Source: Acidobacteriaceae bacterium (GTDB lineage: Bacteria > Acidobacteriota > Terriglobia > Terriglobales > Acidobacteriaceae). Taken from it: a stretch of DNA of 64,000 bases. A program made the translations under genes and the position numbers. The stretch is from positions 16,117 through 80,116 of the forward strand of contig JAICYR010000001.1 of assembly GCA_025934135.1 (NCBI GenBank). The letters run 5' to 3'. Below, one piece after another: positions 10,019 through 19,952 of the stretch (positions are counted from its first letter, which is position 1; the number at the start of each line of letters is the position of its first letter). Under the pieces are notes generated by a model. The model did not search any database. It saw only the letters and a program-made list of their open reading frames with translations, and had not been told where the DNA came from.

Positions 10019-11863
10019 TTACTGCGGCGGGGCCGCTGTTGTCATCGTGGTCAGCGCAACCATGCCCCCGGCGGGCACGTTCACCGAAACGGTTCCGGTC
10101 CTGGCCGCGTTCACCTGGCCTCCATCGTTCACTTTGCCCGATCCGTCGCCGTTCCACACCAGCACATGGAACTCGGTGCCGCGCGGCAGGTCGCCGATGG
10201 TAATGGCGCCGGCCGTTTCATCCGTCTTCATTGCGAACAAGGTCAACTCGCCATTCGGGCCGCGAAAAGGCGTGACGAGATCAGCGCTGGAGCTTCCGCT
10301 CTGGCCCAGCACCTGCCAGTGCTGGCCGGTCGTGTTGGCCATCAACCATTCCATATAGTAGGCGGGACGCAGCGGCCAGCGGTCCTGCCCCGGGGCCGGA
10401 TTGAACAGGTAGCCGATCAGCGAGAAGTCCTGATAACTAAAGTCGTACTGCGCGCGGTAAAGGTCCCACTTGGACATGCCGATGAAACCGTCGTTGAGCG
10501 AGACCATATTAAACCACGCCTGCTGGTAGCCGGCGATGTTGGTCTCATTGATTGGAGTGAGGCTCCCGTCCGTGTTCACGTAGTACCCGGCGGCGGTGGC
10601 CACCAGCGTGCCGTTTCTGTATGGGTCCGCGTCCTTGATCGTCACGCCATTTTGGGTTTTGTACCCGCGCACACCGTACTCGGTAACGGAGAGCGGCTTG
10701 GTGTTATATCCCTCGCTCTTCAGAGTGTCCATGTACGCCAGAATGCCGTTCAAACGAGTAATCATGTACCCGGCATCGTAGTAATTCCAGTAGATGTGCT
10801 CCGACCAGCCGTCCAGAACATCGTCCATGTGCTGCGCCATATAAAGGAAGAACGGTGCCTGGCCATTCAGCACCAGGTCGCCTCCTACCAATCTAATCTG
10901 GTTACGAATCCCATCTTCCTTCAGATAGAAATCCAACCGGCGGTAGGCGTATTCGTAGAGAGCCATATTGGCCTTGATGTATCCCACGGAGTCGGGCTCG
11001 TTCTGAATGGTCAGTTCCTTAATCACCGTGATTCCGTGGTTCTTCACCAGATCGTTCACGGTCGTCGCGAAGTTCTGCATGTCCGCGTCGATATAAGTCT
11101 CCTCCGTTGCGACGTCATTGGAGGCGTGCGTCAGGAACCACCAGGTGATGTTGACGTCGGCTCCGGCTTTCTGCGCCAGCTCTATTGTTTTGTAGTTGGA
11201 GTCCATCAGGTTCTGGTTTCCCGGCAGATAGGCTGCGGGCGAAATAAAAATGCGGGACAAGCCGGGGTGCATGGCTTCCACTTTGGATTCGAGGTTGCTC
11301 ATCTCCTCGGGCGCTTCGTTGCCGGTGAAGCCGCGGGTGGGATCGTTCTGCGCCGTGTACACGTAGCCGTTCATCTGCGCGCCGTAACCTTCAAAATCTG
11401 GAACCACAATCTGGCGGGCGTTCACGGCAAACTCCGTCACGGCTGTCATCCCGTTCAGGACAACCGGTACGGCGTCAGCTCCGGCGATGCCCTTCGCATG
11501 GACCAGCACCACGTCGGAAAGCGGAACATCTCCCAGGTCGATTACCGCCGGGCTGCCCGTGGCGGAGACGATATTGGTGTAGCCGGTCTCGGACACAAGC
11601 TGCCCCGCCGGCGTTTGCACCTGTACGTTCACGCTGTCAAATGATTCTGAACCGACCGCCTGCCCATCGTTGGTTGTGACCGAGACATAAAGCTTCGCGC
11701 TTGTGTCCTGCGTGCCGCGCAGCGCGTACACGTCCAGCGCGTATTGCCCCGGACTTTCCGGCAACGTCTGCGCCATGGCCGAGGTTCCGGGCAGCATGGC
11801 CGCCGTTAGCAGCGCGAGAGATGAAAGCACTACGGATTTCGAGAAAATGGCGAGTTTAGTCAT
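10019..11863 (-). CDS. Secreted clan GH-A-like glycoside hydrolase, family unclear
   Basis: Signal peptide, IQNEPD acid/base-like and VTEYG nucleophile-like motifs, C-terminal beta-sandwich. Confidence 0.6.
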   Translation of the reverse strand: MTKLAIFSKSVVLSSLALLTAAMLPGTSAMAQTLPESPGQYALDVYALRGTQDTSAKLYVSVTTNDGQAVGSESFDSVNVQVQTPAGQLVSETGYTNIVSATGSPAVIDLGDVPLSDVVLVHAKGIAGADAVPVVLNGMTAVTEFAVNARQIVVPDFEGYGAQMNGYVYTAQNDPTRGFTGNEAPEEMSNLESKVEAMHPGLSRIFISPAAYLPGNQNLMDSNYKTIELAQKAGADVNITWWFLTHASNDVATEETYIDADMQNFATTVNDLVKNHGITVIKELTIQNEPDSVGYIKANMALYEYAYRRLDFYLKEDGIRNQIRLVGGDLVLNGQAPFFLYMAQHMDDVLDGWSEHIYWNYYDAGYMITRLNGILAYMDTLKSEGYNTKPLSVTEYGVRGYKTQNGVTIKDADPYRNGTLVATAAGYYVNTDGSLTPINETNIAGYQQAWFNMVSLNDGFIGMSKWDLYRAQYDFSYQDFSLIGYLFNPAPGQDRWPLRPAYYMEWLMANTTGQHWQVLGQSGSSSADLVTPFRGPNGELTLFAMKTDETAGAITIGDLPRGTEFHVLVWNGDGSGKVNDGGQVNAARTGTVSVNVPAGGMVALTTMTTAAPPQ

Positions 11864-11956
11864 GCCGGCGAATCTCCTTTGGAGCGCGATGAGGGGGAGC
11901 GTGATACGGCAAAAAAGGCTGGAGCGCGGAATCCGCGCCCCAGATCTGATAGGAGG

Positions 11957-14900
11957 TCAGAATTTAGCGCTCAGGCTGAGCTGGATCGAACGCTGGCCGT
12001 CGCCGCTTGTGATCATCCCGGCGTTCTTAATTGGTGTGCCCCCGTCCCGCAAGTCGGGAACGGTAGTTGAGGGATTGCCAAGATTGAAGTGGTTGAAGGC
12101 GTCAAAGAAGTCCGCACGGAAATTCATATTCAGCCGTTCCCACATGTGGAAGTTCTTTGAACCGCTCATGTCCCAGTTCCAGCCGCCCGGCCCAAACATC
12201 AGGTCTCTGGCTGAGGTGCCCCACTGCCATGGCTGCGGCGCAACAAACGCATCAGTGTTGAACCACGGCACTCCGCTCAGAATGTCATGAGAATGCGAGC
12301 GCCCCTGGGTGAGCGACACGCCCGGAACCTGGTCCGCGCGGCCTCCCCACCAGCCTGTGATCCCCGTGCCCGCCGTAGAAAAGTTCACCGAAAATGGCGT
12401 TCCCGAGTAATAGGTCGAGATGCCCGCAATCTTCCAGCCGCCGATAACTGCGTCTTCCACCCCATTCATGCCGTGCAGGAACTGCCGCCCCTTGCCAAAC
12501 GGCAACTCGTAAACGTAGTTGAAGGTCAGCCAATGGCGCGCCAGTCCCACGGAGTTGCCGTAATCCAGCTCAGGATGCTGCCAGCGCTGCGGACCGCCCG
12601 ATGTTGGAACATCATCCAAACCCTTGCTGAATTGGTACTCCGCCTGGAAGCTGAGTCCGCTGCTGAAGCGCCTCTTGAGTCCAAGCTGCATCTGGTTGAA
12701 GTTTTCCGTGCCGACGCTGCGCGTGGCGTTGATGGCGCCGAACGGCTGGAACGGGCGCTGCTTCTGGATCGGCATGTTTGGAATCTGCACATCCGGAACA
12801 TTGATCGGGCCGAAGTTGTAGGGCAGGTTATGACCAACGTGGCCCATATACGTGGCCTTGGCGCTCCAGTCCTGACCGAACTCATGCTCCACCGTCAGGC
12901 TCCACTCCTGCGTTGAGGCGTTCTGGAAATCCCATTGCAGCATGTTGATCGTCGGATTCGGAGTCACGACAGACTGGGTATTCGTGCTGGGAAATGGGTT
13001 GGTGAAAGTGAGGTCCGGCAGATACGGAGTTTTCGGCTTTCCCGGAAGCAGGCTCGAAAAATCCTGAGAAATCGAGAACGTCCACGGCGGGTTGAAAGCA
13101 TCCGCGCGCGATCCGACGTTGCCCGGCTGGAAGTTGTAATAAATTCCGAAGCCGCCGCGAATCACGGTGCGTCCATCCGCAAACGGACGATAGGCGAAGC
13201 CCACGCGGGGCGCAAAGTTATTGCGGTCGGGCTGAATGTAGTGGAGCGGCAGTCCAATGCTGTGCGTGGTTTCAATTGGATAGGCGTTGAACAGATCGGC
13301 TGATGCATTCGCCGGCAGCGTTGGAGTATCGCTGTTCTGCGGAATCACCAGCTTGTCGTTCGCCATGTCGAACGTCGTGACCTCCTGGTTCTTGTACAGC
13401 CAGGGGCTCTGGTACTCATAACGCAGGCCAAAGATGAGCGTCATCTTCGGAGTCGCCTGCCAGGTGTCCTGAACGTAGGCACCCCAGTCGCGCGAATAGA
13501 TGTCCTTCGCGTAAGCTCCCGTGGGAGCGGTCGAGTCCGCGCTGGCGTCGCCCAGCAGAAAGTCCGCAAAGGTATTGCCGGCGGATTGAGGCTGGCCCGG
13601 CCATCCCTTGTTCCCTGTCCACTTGCCATTGAAGGCGAAGGACCCGGTCGCCACCCCCGCCGCCGGAACGCGGGTGTCGATCTTGTATCCCGTTTCATCA
13701 ATGCCGGCCTCTAGGGTGTGGCGGCCCTGGATATGCGTAAAGTTGTCCGTGATTTCCACGTTCCAGCGCGGCGTGTAGAGGCCCGTGCCGTAGTCGTGGA
13801 ACATGCCGGTATAGCCCGTCATGGTCATGGTCGGCAGACCGTGAAACATGGTGGCGGGCATCTGGGGGAAGAGGTCCTGCGGGTTCACGTCCAGGTTCTG
13901 CCCGCTGAACTTGGTCCCGTAATCGCCCCACGCCACGCGCAGCTCGTTGAGCGTCGTCTGGTTAAAGGTATGGGTTTCGGTGCCGCTGATCGTCACGTCC
14001 TTGTAGCCATAGCGGCCCTGGCCATAGTTGGCGGGGTAATTCGTGTGAGCATTCCATGGGTCCGCAACGCGCCGGGCGAAGACGCCGAAGATGCGGTCGG
14101 AGGAGGAAATATTGTAGTCAATCCGGGCATCGTAGGCGTCCACAGTCTGCGTTCGCGGCACCGCGGCGACATAATTGATTCCGCCGGAGGGCTTTCCGAT
14201 GCTGGTTGCATCCGTGGGTGCGGGCAGATACTTCAGCAGTTGCTTGGCCTGCGACGCAATCATGTTGTCGGGAATTACATTGCCGGCGAACGCCTTCCCG
14301 GTTTGGGGATCGTAAAGCTGCACGCCAAGGTCAGAAAAGTCCCCGCTCCGCATCTTCATGCTGGGGAAGGTCAACTGCACCGGCACCGAATCCTGGTTGC
14401 GAAAGCCGTTGTAATCGAAAAAGAAAAATGCCTTGTCGCGCCAGATTGGTCCGCCGATGTTGCCGCCAAACTGGTTGAGGTGCGTCGGCGGACGCGGATC
14501 ACCATTGGCATTCAGCACGAAGCTGTTCGCGTTCAGCGCGGTGTTCTGCAGGTACTCATACACGAGGCCATGGAATGCATTTGTGCCGCCCTTGGTCACC
14601 AGCGTAACCGAGGCATGCCCAGTGTACTTCGCGCTCATGTTGCCGCTCTGCACATTCAGTTCTTGGATCGAGCTTGGCGGCGGCATCACCAGCAGTCCCA
14701 CGCCCTGCACCGTGACCCCGCCGCCGTTGCCGGGATCATTCAGTTCCACTCCGTTCAGCGTGTAGTTCACGCCGCCCCAGTGGCTGCCTCCGCCGATGAT
14801 CGGGTTCGTCGCATCGCCGCCCGGCTTGACTTGGACTCCAGGTGCCAGCGCCACAAATGCGTCCACCGTCTGCTGCGATGTCGGCAGGTTCGCAAGCTGT

Positions 14901-15316
14901 GACGCCGTCACGGAATCGCCAATCGTCATCGAGTCCGTGGTAATCAGCGGCGCATGGTCCGTCACCGTGACAGTCTGCTGCATGCCGCCGACAGACAGCT
15001 TTACGTCTACGCGCTTGTTCTGCGCCGAGAAGACGCGCACGCCGTCCGTCCGCGAAATCTCAAACCCGTTCTTTTTGACCGTGACGGTATAGGCGCCCGC
15101 CAGAATTCCCGGGACTGAATAGGTCCCCGCGTTGTCCGTCTTTGCCTGGACCGTGATGCCTGTCTCGGTATTTTTCACGATGACCTGCGCGTCAGGGACC
15201 ACCGCGCCCTGCTGGTCCGTCACGTTGCCTACGATCGAACTGGAGATGTTTTGCGCTAGAAGGCCTCCGCACGCAAAAGCCAAAACTACAAAGATTACGC
15301 TGATCCGCTTTTTCAT
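11957..15316 (-). CDS. TonB-dependent receptor with carboxypeptidase regulatory-like N-terminal domain (Oar-like)
   Basis: 1119 aa: G.V.D.QGAVVP.A.V, TKGGTN.FHG..YEY, NQFGG..GGPI, AYVQDTW, NNFAPRVGFAY, C-terminal R.IQLSL..KF. Confidence 0.93.
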   Translation of the reverse strand: MKKRISVIFVVLAFACGGLLAQNISSSIVGNVTDQQGAVVPDAQVIVKNTETGITVQAKTDNAGTYSVPGILAGAYTVTVKKNGFEISRTDGVRVFSAQNKRVDVKLSVGGMQQTVTVTDHAPLITTDSMTIGDSVTASQLANLPTSQQTVDAFVALAPGVQVKPGGDATNPIIGGGSHWGGVNYTLNGVELNDPGNGGGVTVQGVGLLVMPPPSSIQELNVQSGNMSAKYTGHASVTLVTKGGTNAFHGLVYEYLQNTALNANSFVLNANGDPRPPTHLNQFGGNIGGPIWRDKAFFFFDYNGFRNQDSVPVQLTFPSMKMRSGDFSDLGVQLYDPQTGKAFAGNVIPDNMIASQAKQLLKYLPAPTDATSIGKPSGGINYVAAVPRTQTVDAYDARIDYNISSSDRIFGVFARRVADPWNAHTNYPANYGQGRYGYKDVTISGTETHTFNQTTLNELRVAWGDYGTKFSGQNLDVNPQDLFPQMPATMFHGLPTMTMTGYTGMFHDYGTGLYTPRWNVEITDNFTHIQGRHTLEAGIDETGYKIDTRVPAAGVATGSFAFNGKWTGNKGWPGQPQSAGNTFADFLLGDASADSTAPTGAYAKDIYSRDWGAYVQDTWQATPKMTLIFGLRYEYQSPWLYKNQEVTTFDMANDKLVIPQNSDTPTLPANASADLFNAYPIETTHSIGLPLHYIQPDRNNFAPRVGFAYRPFADGRTVIRGGFGIYYNFQPGNVGSRADAFNPPWTFSISQDFSSLLPGKPKTPYLPDLTFTNPFPSTNTQSVVTPNPTINMLQWDFQNASTQEWSLTVEHEFGQDWSAKATYMGHVGHNLPYNFGPINVPDVQIPNMPIQKQRPFQPFGAINATRSVGTENFNQMQLGLKRRFSSGLSFQAEYQFSKGLDDVPTSGGPQRWQHPELDYGNSVGLARHWLTFNYVYELPFGKGRQFLHGMNGVEDAVIGGWKIAGISTYYSGTPFSVNFSTAGTGITGWWGGRADQVPGVSLTQGRSHSHDILSGVPWFNTDAFVAPQPWQWGTSARDLMFGPGGWNWDMSGSKNFHMWERLNMNFRADFFDAFNHFNLGNPSTTVPDLRDGGTPIKNAGMITSGDGQRSIQLSLSAKF

Positions 15317-15355
15317 TTGCCGCTCGCTTCCAATGTTGATCGCCCGTTTTGGGCT

Positions 15356-15371
15356 GTTCTATTAGTAGAAC
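15356..15371. promoter_or_regulatory. Putative operator GTTCTA-N4-TAGAAC
   Basis: GTTCTATTAGTAGAAC 40 bp upstream of the TonB receptor start. The motif recurs at 21226 and 33382. Confidence 0.6.
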
Positions 15372-15481
15372 TAACTTACATTACTCTGTATGAGACTTCC
15401 TGTTTACTAGTTTTGGGGAACGGTGGTCAAGCAAAAAATTCCAATCCGGAAAAAAATTCAAATTCGCACCGCAAGCTCGCC

Positions 15482-16402
15482 CTATCGCGAAACCGCTTCC
15501 CGTTCCATTCCTTCCTCTTGCGGCACGCATCCTCCGGCCAGTTCGCCGTCGGGCGCGACCGCCCTCTGGCCCGCCCACAATGTGACCAAAACTCCGCCCA
15601 GAATCAGCACCGAACCGGCGTAGTCCCGCGCGGAGGCCGAGCGATGAAACATCACCGCGTCCAGAAAAAAGGCGAACACAATCGAACTGGTCATGACGCT
15701 CGACGCCAGCACGCTGCTCATGTGCTTCAGCGCAAACGTCAGCAGTTGTTGATAGACGGCCGTGAGCGCACCAATCGCGATCAGGATCCACCAGCTTCCC
15801 ACCACCAGGCTGCTGCCGGTGTCCGCCGCCCACAACACGGAAAGCAGCAGGCACACGCTGAAGAAATAAAACAAGACCGTGAAGCTGCTCTCCGTTCGGC
15901 GAAGCTGCGCCACCAGCACCACCGCGGATGCCGAAGCGACTGCGGAGCCCAGCGCGAAGACGCTTCCCCAACTCAGATCAACATGGGGGCGGATGCCCGA
16001 CACGATCACGATTCCGGTGAAGCCCACCAGGAGACCGAGGATGGCTTTGCGCGAGGGCCGCTGCCGCATAAAAACAAGCAGCAGCAGCGGCACAAACAGG
16101 ATGTAGCTGGAGTTCAGGACCATTGCCTCCTGCAACGGAATCCGCTCCAGGGCCAGCGTGTAGAGAAGAAACATTCCAAAACCGATGCCGCCGCGCAGCA
16201 TGTGCCAGCGCAGTTTCCGCGTGCGCAGCGAGGGTCGCCCGCTCACAAAATAAATGGGCAGCAGCGCCGCGCTCGCGAACAAATAGCGCGCCACAAACAC
16301 CACAGAAGCGTCGCCGGTCCCCACCGCCATCTTCATAAACGCGCTCATCAGCGCATAGAACATGGCTGCCGCGATGACGATCAAAAAGTAGAAGTATTTC
16401 AA
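15482..16402 (-). CDS. DMT/EamA family transporter
   Basis: 306 aa, about 10 hydrophobic segments in two EamA repeats, TTG start. Confidence 0.85.
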   Translation of the reverse strand: MKYFYFLIVIAAAMFYALMSAFMKMAVGTGDASVVFVARYLFASAALLPIYFVSGRPSLRTRKLRWHMLRGGIGFGMFLLYTLALERIPLQEAMVLNSSYILFVPLLLLVFMRQRPSRKAILGLLVGFTGIVIVSGIRPHVDLSWGSVFALGSAVASASAVVLVAQLRRTESSFTVLFYFFSVCLLLSVLWAADTGSSLVVGSWWILIAIGALTAVYQQLLTFALKHMSSVLASSVMTSSIVFAFFLDAVMFHRSASARDYAGSVLILGGVLVTLWAGQRAVAPDGELAGGCVPQEEGMEREAVSR

Positions 16403-16549
16403 AACGACACGGGCCGGCGTTGGATTGCGTTCAGGGGTGATGCGCAGGCAGGCAGCAATCGCCGCTCCCTTGGCAATGGAAAACCACTCGGTTCGTAAAG
16501 CTCGATTTGATTGGGCCCGCGCATCATTCTCTCCGGCGCATCTTGGCGC

Positions 16550-17389
16550 TCAGTCAGCCACCATCTCGCGGAAGCGCGCTCCCGTCGCAGGACGATAGCC
16601 CAGTTGCGCGGACATTTTCATCGCATAACTGCTGATAAGCGCACCCAGCCGCGGAACATCTTTGCCGCGCATCTGTAGTGTGCTCGCGCCAAGATTCACT
16701 GCCGCAACCACTCTCTGCGTCCCGTTGAAAATCGGCGCAGCCACAGAGCGGACATCAATTTCGTTTTCCTCATTGCAGGAAGCGAAGCCCTGCGCTCGGA
16801 TCTTCGCCAGGTGCTCTTTGAGCAACTCGGGATTGGTAACAGTTTTCGGAGTGAACCGCTTCAGCGGATGCTCGGAAAGGATGCGGTCGAGGTCTATCTC
16901 AGGAAGAAACGCGAGAATCGCCTTGCCGATCGAAGTAGAGTGGAGCGGCATCCGCTTGCCCACCCACGTGGTCACGCGGACCGCGTCCATCACTTCCACC
17001 TTGTCGATGTAAACGGCATGCCCTCCGTCGCGGATCGCGATGTGTCCGGTGATGCCCGCCTTGCGGGTCAGCTCTTCCAACAGTGAATGCACCTCCGTGC
17101 GCACGTCGAGGTTGTCCACCAGCGTCGCGCCTAGGCTGAACAGCCGGAAGCTGAGCGAGTAGCGGTCATCGGCGTCCTTCTCCACATAGCCGCGCGACTT
17201 GAGCGTCTGCAAAATCGCGTAGGCCGAGCTTTTGGGAATGTTGAACTGCCGGCTGATGTCGCTCACTGTGAGCGCGCGCCGCTCGACCAGCGTTTCAATG
17301 ATGTCCAGCGTCCGATGGATCGCGGGCACCGAATACGCGCCGTTATTGGGTTTCGTAGCTTTTATTGCGTTCGCCATCATTACCCCCAT
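16550..17389 (-). CDS. IclR family transcriptional regulator
   Basis: SVPAIHR.LDIIE..., HTH PKSSAYAILQTL, G.RMPLHSTSIGKAILA and VAAPIF effector domain. Confidence 0.93.
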   Translation of the reverse strand: MGVMMANAIKATKPNNGAYSVPAIHRTLDIIETLVERRALTVSDISRQFNIPKSSAYAILQTLKSRGYVEKDADDRYSLSFRLFSLGATLVDNLDVRTEVHSLLEELTRKAGITGHIAIRDGGHAVYIDKVEVMDAVRVTTWVGKRMPLHSTSIGKAILAFLPEIDLDRILSEHPLKRFTPKTVTNPELLKEHLAKIRAQGFASCNEENEIDVRSVAAPIFNGTQRVVAAVNLGASTLQMRGKDVPRLGALISSYAMKMSAQLGYRPATGARFREMVAD

Positions 17390-17425
17390 TTCCAGTAAAC
17401 GTGCACCAGAGACTTAACCTCATTG

Positions 17426-18283
17426 CTAACCCAGCATGAAATTTTCCAGAATCCCGATTCCTTCCACTTCAATCTCCATCCGGTCTCCGGGCTTCAAAAA
17501 CACCTGCGGCTTGCGATGAAATCCAATGCCCGCCGGTGTTCCCGTGCTGATCACGTCTCCAGGCTCAAGCGTCAGCGACTGCGAAAGCGTGGAAACCAGC
17601 GCCGCCGGAGAAAAGACCAGGTTCCGCGTGTTTGAATGCTGAAGCGTTTCCCCGTTCAGACGCAGGCTGATATCCAGCGCCAGCGGGTCCGGGACGCTGT
17701 CCGCTGTCACCATCCACGGCCCCATAGGGCCAAAGCCGTTGCAATTCTTGCCGCGAAACCACTGCTTGTCTTTGAACTGGAAATCGCGCGCCGAAACATC
17801 ATTCATAATCGTGTAGCCCGCAATGCACGCCAGCGCATCCGCCTCACTCACGCAGTCCGCGCGGCGGCCAATCACCAGCGCGAACTCCGCTTCGTAGTCC
17901 ACCTGCTGCGAAGATTTCGGAATGGGAATGCCCGCCTTGTGCGGAATCACCACCGCCGCCAGCTTCGAGAAAAATATCGGCGACGACGGAGGTGGCAGAT
18001 TGTTCTCCGCCGCGTGGTCCGCATAGTTGAGGCCCACGCAGAAAACGCGCGCGTCCGGCTCCACCAGCGGAGCGTGTTTCACATCAGCCAGCGGCACGCT
18101 CCGCGCTGGAGTCTTCAGCAGTTGCTCCTGCAACTCACGTGCCTTCGACAAAGCCGCGTCTCCGCCCCGCAGCAGCCCGCCCACGGAAGCGAATCCCGTG
18201 CCCGTCAGGTTGTACACGCGATCGCCTTCGACCGCTCCCAGGACCTTTTCGCCCGCCTCAGAATAGAAGTTCAGTAATTTCAT
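17426..18283 (-). CDS. Fumarylacetoacetate hydrolase family protein
   Basis: CVGLNYADH, DYEAE, NDVSARD.Q, GK...GPW, PGDVISTGTPAG motifs. Confidence 0.92.
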   Translation of the reverse strand: MKLLNFYSEAGEKVLGAVEGDRVYNLTGTGFASVGGLLRGGDAALSKARELQEQLLKTPARSVPLADVKHAPLVEPDARVFCVGLNYADHAAENNLPPPSSPIFFSKLAAVVIPHKAGIPIPKSSQQVDYEAEFALVIGRRADCVSEADALACIAGYTIMNDVSARDFQFKDKQWFRGKNCNGFGPMGPWMVTADSVPDPLALDISLRLNGETLQHSNTRNLVFSPAALVSTLSQSLTLEPGDVISTGTPAGIGFHRKPQVFLKPGDRMEIEVEGIGILENFMLG

Positions 18284-18286
18284 AAA

Positions 18287-19048
18287 TCAGCCGGTCACCA
18301 AAGTTAAGAAATTTGTGCGCAGAATCTTTTCCTTCTCCGCGTCGGAAATCCTTGCCGTCAACACGTGAGCAAGCGTCATGGAAGCTTCCAGAAACGGCAT
18401 GTCCGAGCCGAACAAAATCCGCTCCGCTCCAACGCGCCGCGCGCACTTCTCCAGAATCAGCCGGTGATGCTGCGAACTGGCCAAATCGAGAAACAAATTC
18501 GGAGCGGCCTCCGCCGCTTCCATCGCCTGCATAATGCCGCGCCACGTCACGCCGGAGTGCCCCAGCAGAATGCGCGCCTTGGGGTGCGCCTTCGCAATCG
18601 GCGGAAACAGCAGCGGCCCGCAGTTCGGATCGGAGTCCCACGTATGCACCAGCACAACCGCCTCGTGCTCGTTTGCGTAATCCCAAATGGGTTTGTAGTG
18701 CTCGCCATGCACCGGATATTTATGAAGCCCCGGATGCAGCTTAATCAGCGGAGGCCGATGAAAAGCCGCCCATCGCTCCAACTCCGCCATTGCCTGCCCC
18801 GGAGGATTCGGATTTACCGTCACGTATCCGAAGAACCGGTCAGGATGCCGCCGCAGCACCGCCTCAATCTCCGCATTGCCGCGCGGACAATCGTTGTAGC
18901 AGGCCAGCGTGGACGTGACCGCGAGCCGCTCGATATTCAATTGATCCATCACGCCGACCATCGCATCGACGTCCGCCTGATAAGCCGGAAAATCGGGATG
19001 CACGCCGATATGCCCATGGCAATCCATCACAGGAATAGGAGACCTCAT
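18287..19048 (-). CDS. Amidohydrolase-2 family protein with intact metal ligands
   Basis: DCHGH, KLHP, LVHT, LGHSG and LFGSD motifs. Confidence 0.88.
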   Translation of the reverse strand: MRSPIPVMDCHGHIGVHPDFPAYQADVDAMVGVMDQLNIERLAVTSTLACYNDCPRGNAEIEAVLRRHPDRFFGYVTVNPNPPGQAMAELERWAAFHRPPLIKLHPGLHKYPVHGEHYKPIWDYANEHEAVVLVHTWDSDPNCGPLLFPPIAKAHPKARILLGHSGVTWRGIMQAMEAAEAAPNLFLDLASSQHHRLILEKCARRVGAERILFGSDMPFLEASMTLAHVLTARISDAEKEKILRTNFLTLVTG

Positions 19049-19821
19049 GCGCTCGCCCCCAACCCCAGCAGCCGCCGCAAATTGCCGCCTGCAATCGCCA
19101 GCCTGTCCGCGTCTGAAATTCTCGCGCTCGCCAGCACTCCCAGCGACGACGCAGGAGTAAACAACGGCAGCCGCGAGCCGAACAGAATTCGCTCCGCGCC
19201 GCGCTCGTTCACCACACTCTCCAACTGCCGGTGCGCAAGATACGTCGCGCTATCGAAATAAAGATTGGGAAACCGGTCCATCAGCGGAAACAAATACCGG
19301 TCCGCACGGTAGCCCGTATCCAGCAACACCAGCCGAAGCCGAGGAAAATTCTCCAGCAACGAAGCCACCTCGCCCCACGCAATATCGTTGCGCACCATCA
19401 GTGTCAGCACTGCGTTGTCTTGCAGAAACTCCAGCATCGGGCCCGCGCCCCACTTCGCGAGCGAGAAATTGTGCTGCGTCGGCCCCGGAGTAATCCGCAC
19501 CGCCTTCGGCTTTCGCGCCGCCAGCGCTTCCAAAAGCTCCGCATTCGGCAGCACCGCCCATGCCGGCGTCAGCCGCTCATCGGCTTCCCGCGCCAGCGCC
19601 TCATTGCCCACCGCCGGATCGTATTCCTCACCCGCCCAGTGCGAAACCAGTGCGTGCCGGATGAAAAACCGGTCCATTTCTTCCAGCAGCCCCGGCTTCT
19701 CCAGCGCCAACTCGCCATGCACCCCGGAGGGACCGACCCGCGCGTTCACATCAAACAGGTCCCAGTCCGCGGCTTCCGCCAGCAGCGTCTCCGTTCCGGA
19801 ATTCTCCGCCGCATCCCGCAT
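19045..19821 (-). CDS. Amidohydrolase-fold protein with degenerate metal site
   Basis: Same C-terminal pattern (GAERILFGS, ARIS.A....I...N) as its neighbour, but HxH is replaced by NAR and FGSD by FGSR. Confidence 0.75.
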   Translation of the reverse strand: MRDAAENSGTETLLAEAADWDLFDVNARVGPSGVHGELALEKPGLLEEMDRFFIRHALVSHWAGEEYDPAVGNEALAREADERLTPAWAVLPNAELLEALAARKPKAVRITPGPTQHNFSLAKWGAGPMLEFLQDNAVLTLMVRNDIAWGEVASLLENFPRLRLVLLDTGYRADRYLFPLMDRFPNLYFDSATYLAHRQLESVVNERGAERILFGSRLPLFTPASSLGVLASARISDADRLAIAGGNLRRLLGLGASA

Positions 19822-19850
19822 CTAGCGTTCCGTCTCTAAGGTTCGCGCTG

Positions 19851-19912
19851 CTGTCATCCTGAGCGAAGTTTGGCCGGCTTTTTGGCCAAACGAAGTCGAA
19901 GGATCTGCGGTT
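19851..19912. repeat. REP-like palindromic repeat (GTCATyCTGAGCGA...CGAAGrATCTGCGGTT family)
   Basis: Internal hairpin GTTTGGCC/GGCCAAAC. Both ends match the copy at 23093-23134. Confidence 0.7.
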
Positions 19913-19952
19913 TGGGTTGCTGAGTTATGCAATGACTTCTGGAGACAGGACA

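Noticed and set aside
9857-11644. Long antisense ORFs (e.g. 595 aa here, also 377-1150, 13718-14902, 61405-62214)
   Set aside because: Shadow frames of real genes on the opposite strand, as expected from high-GC codon bias.
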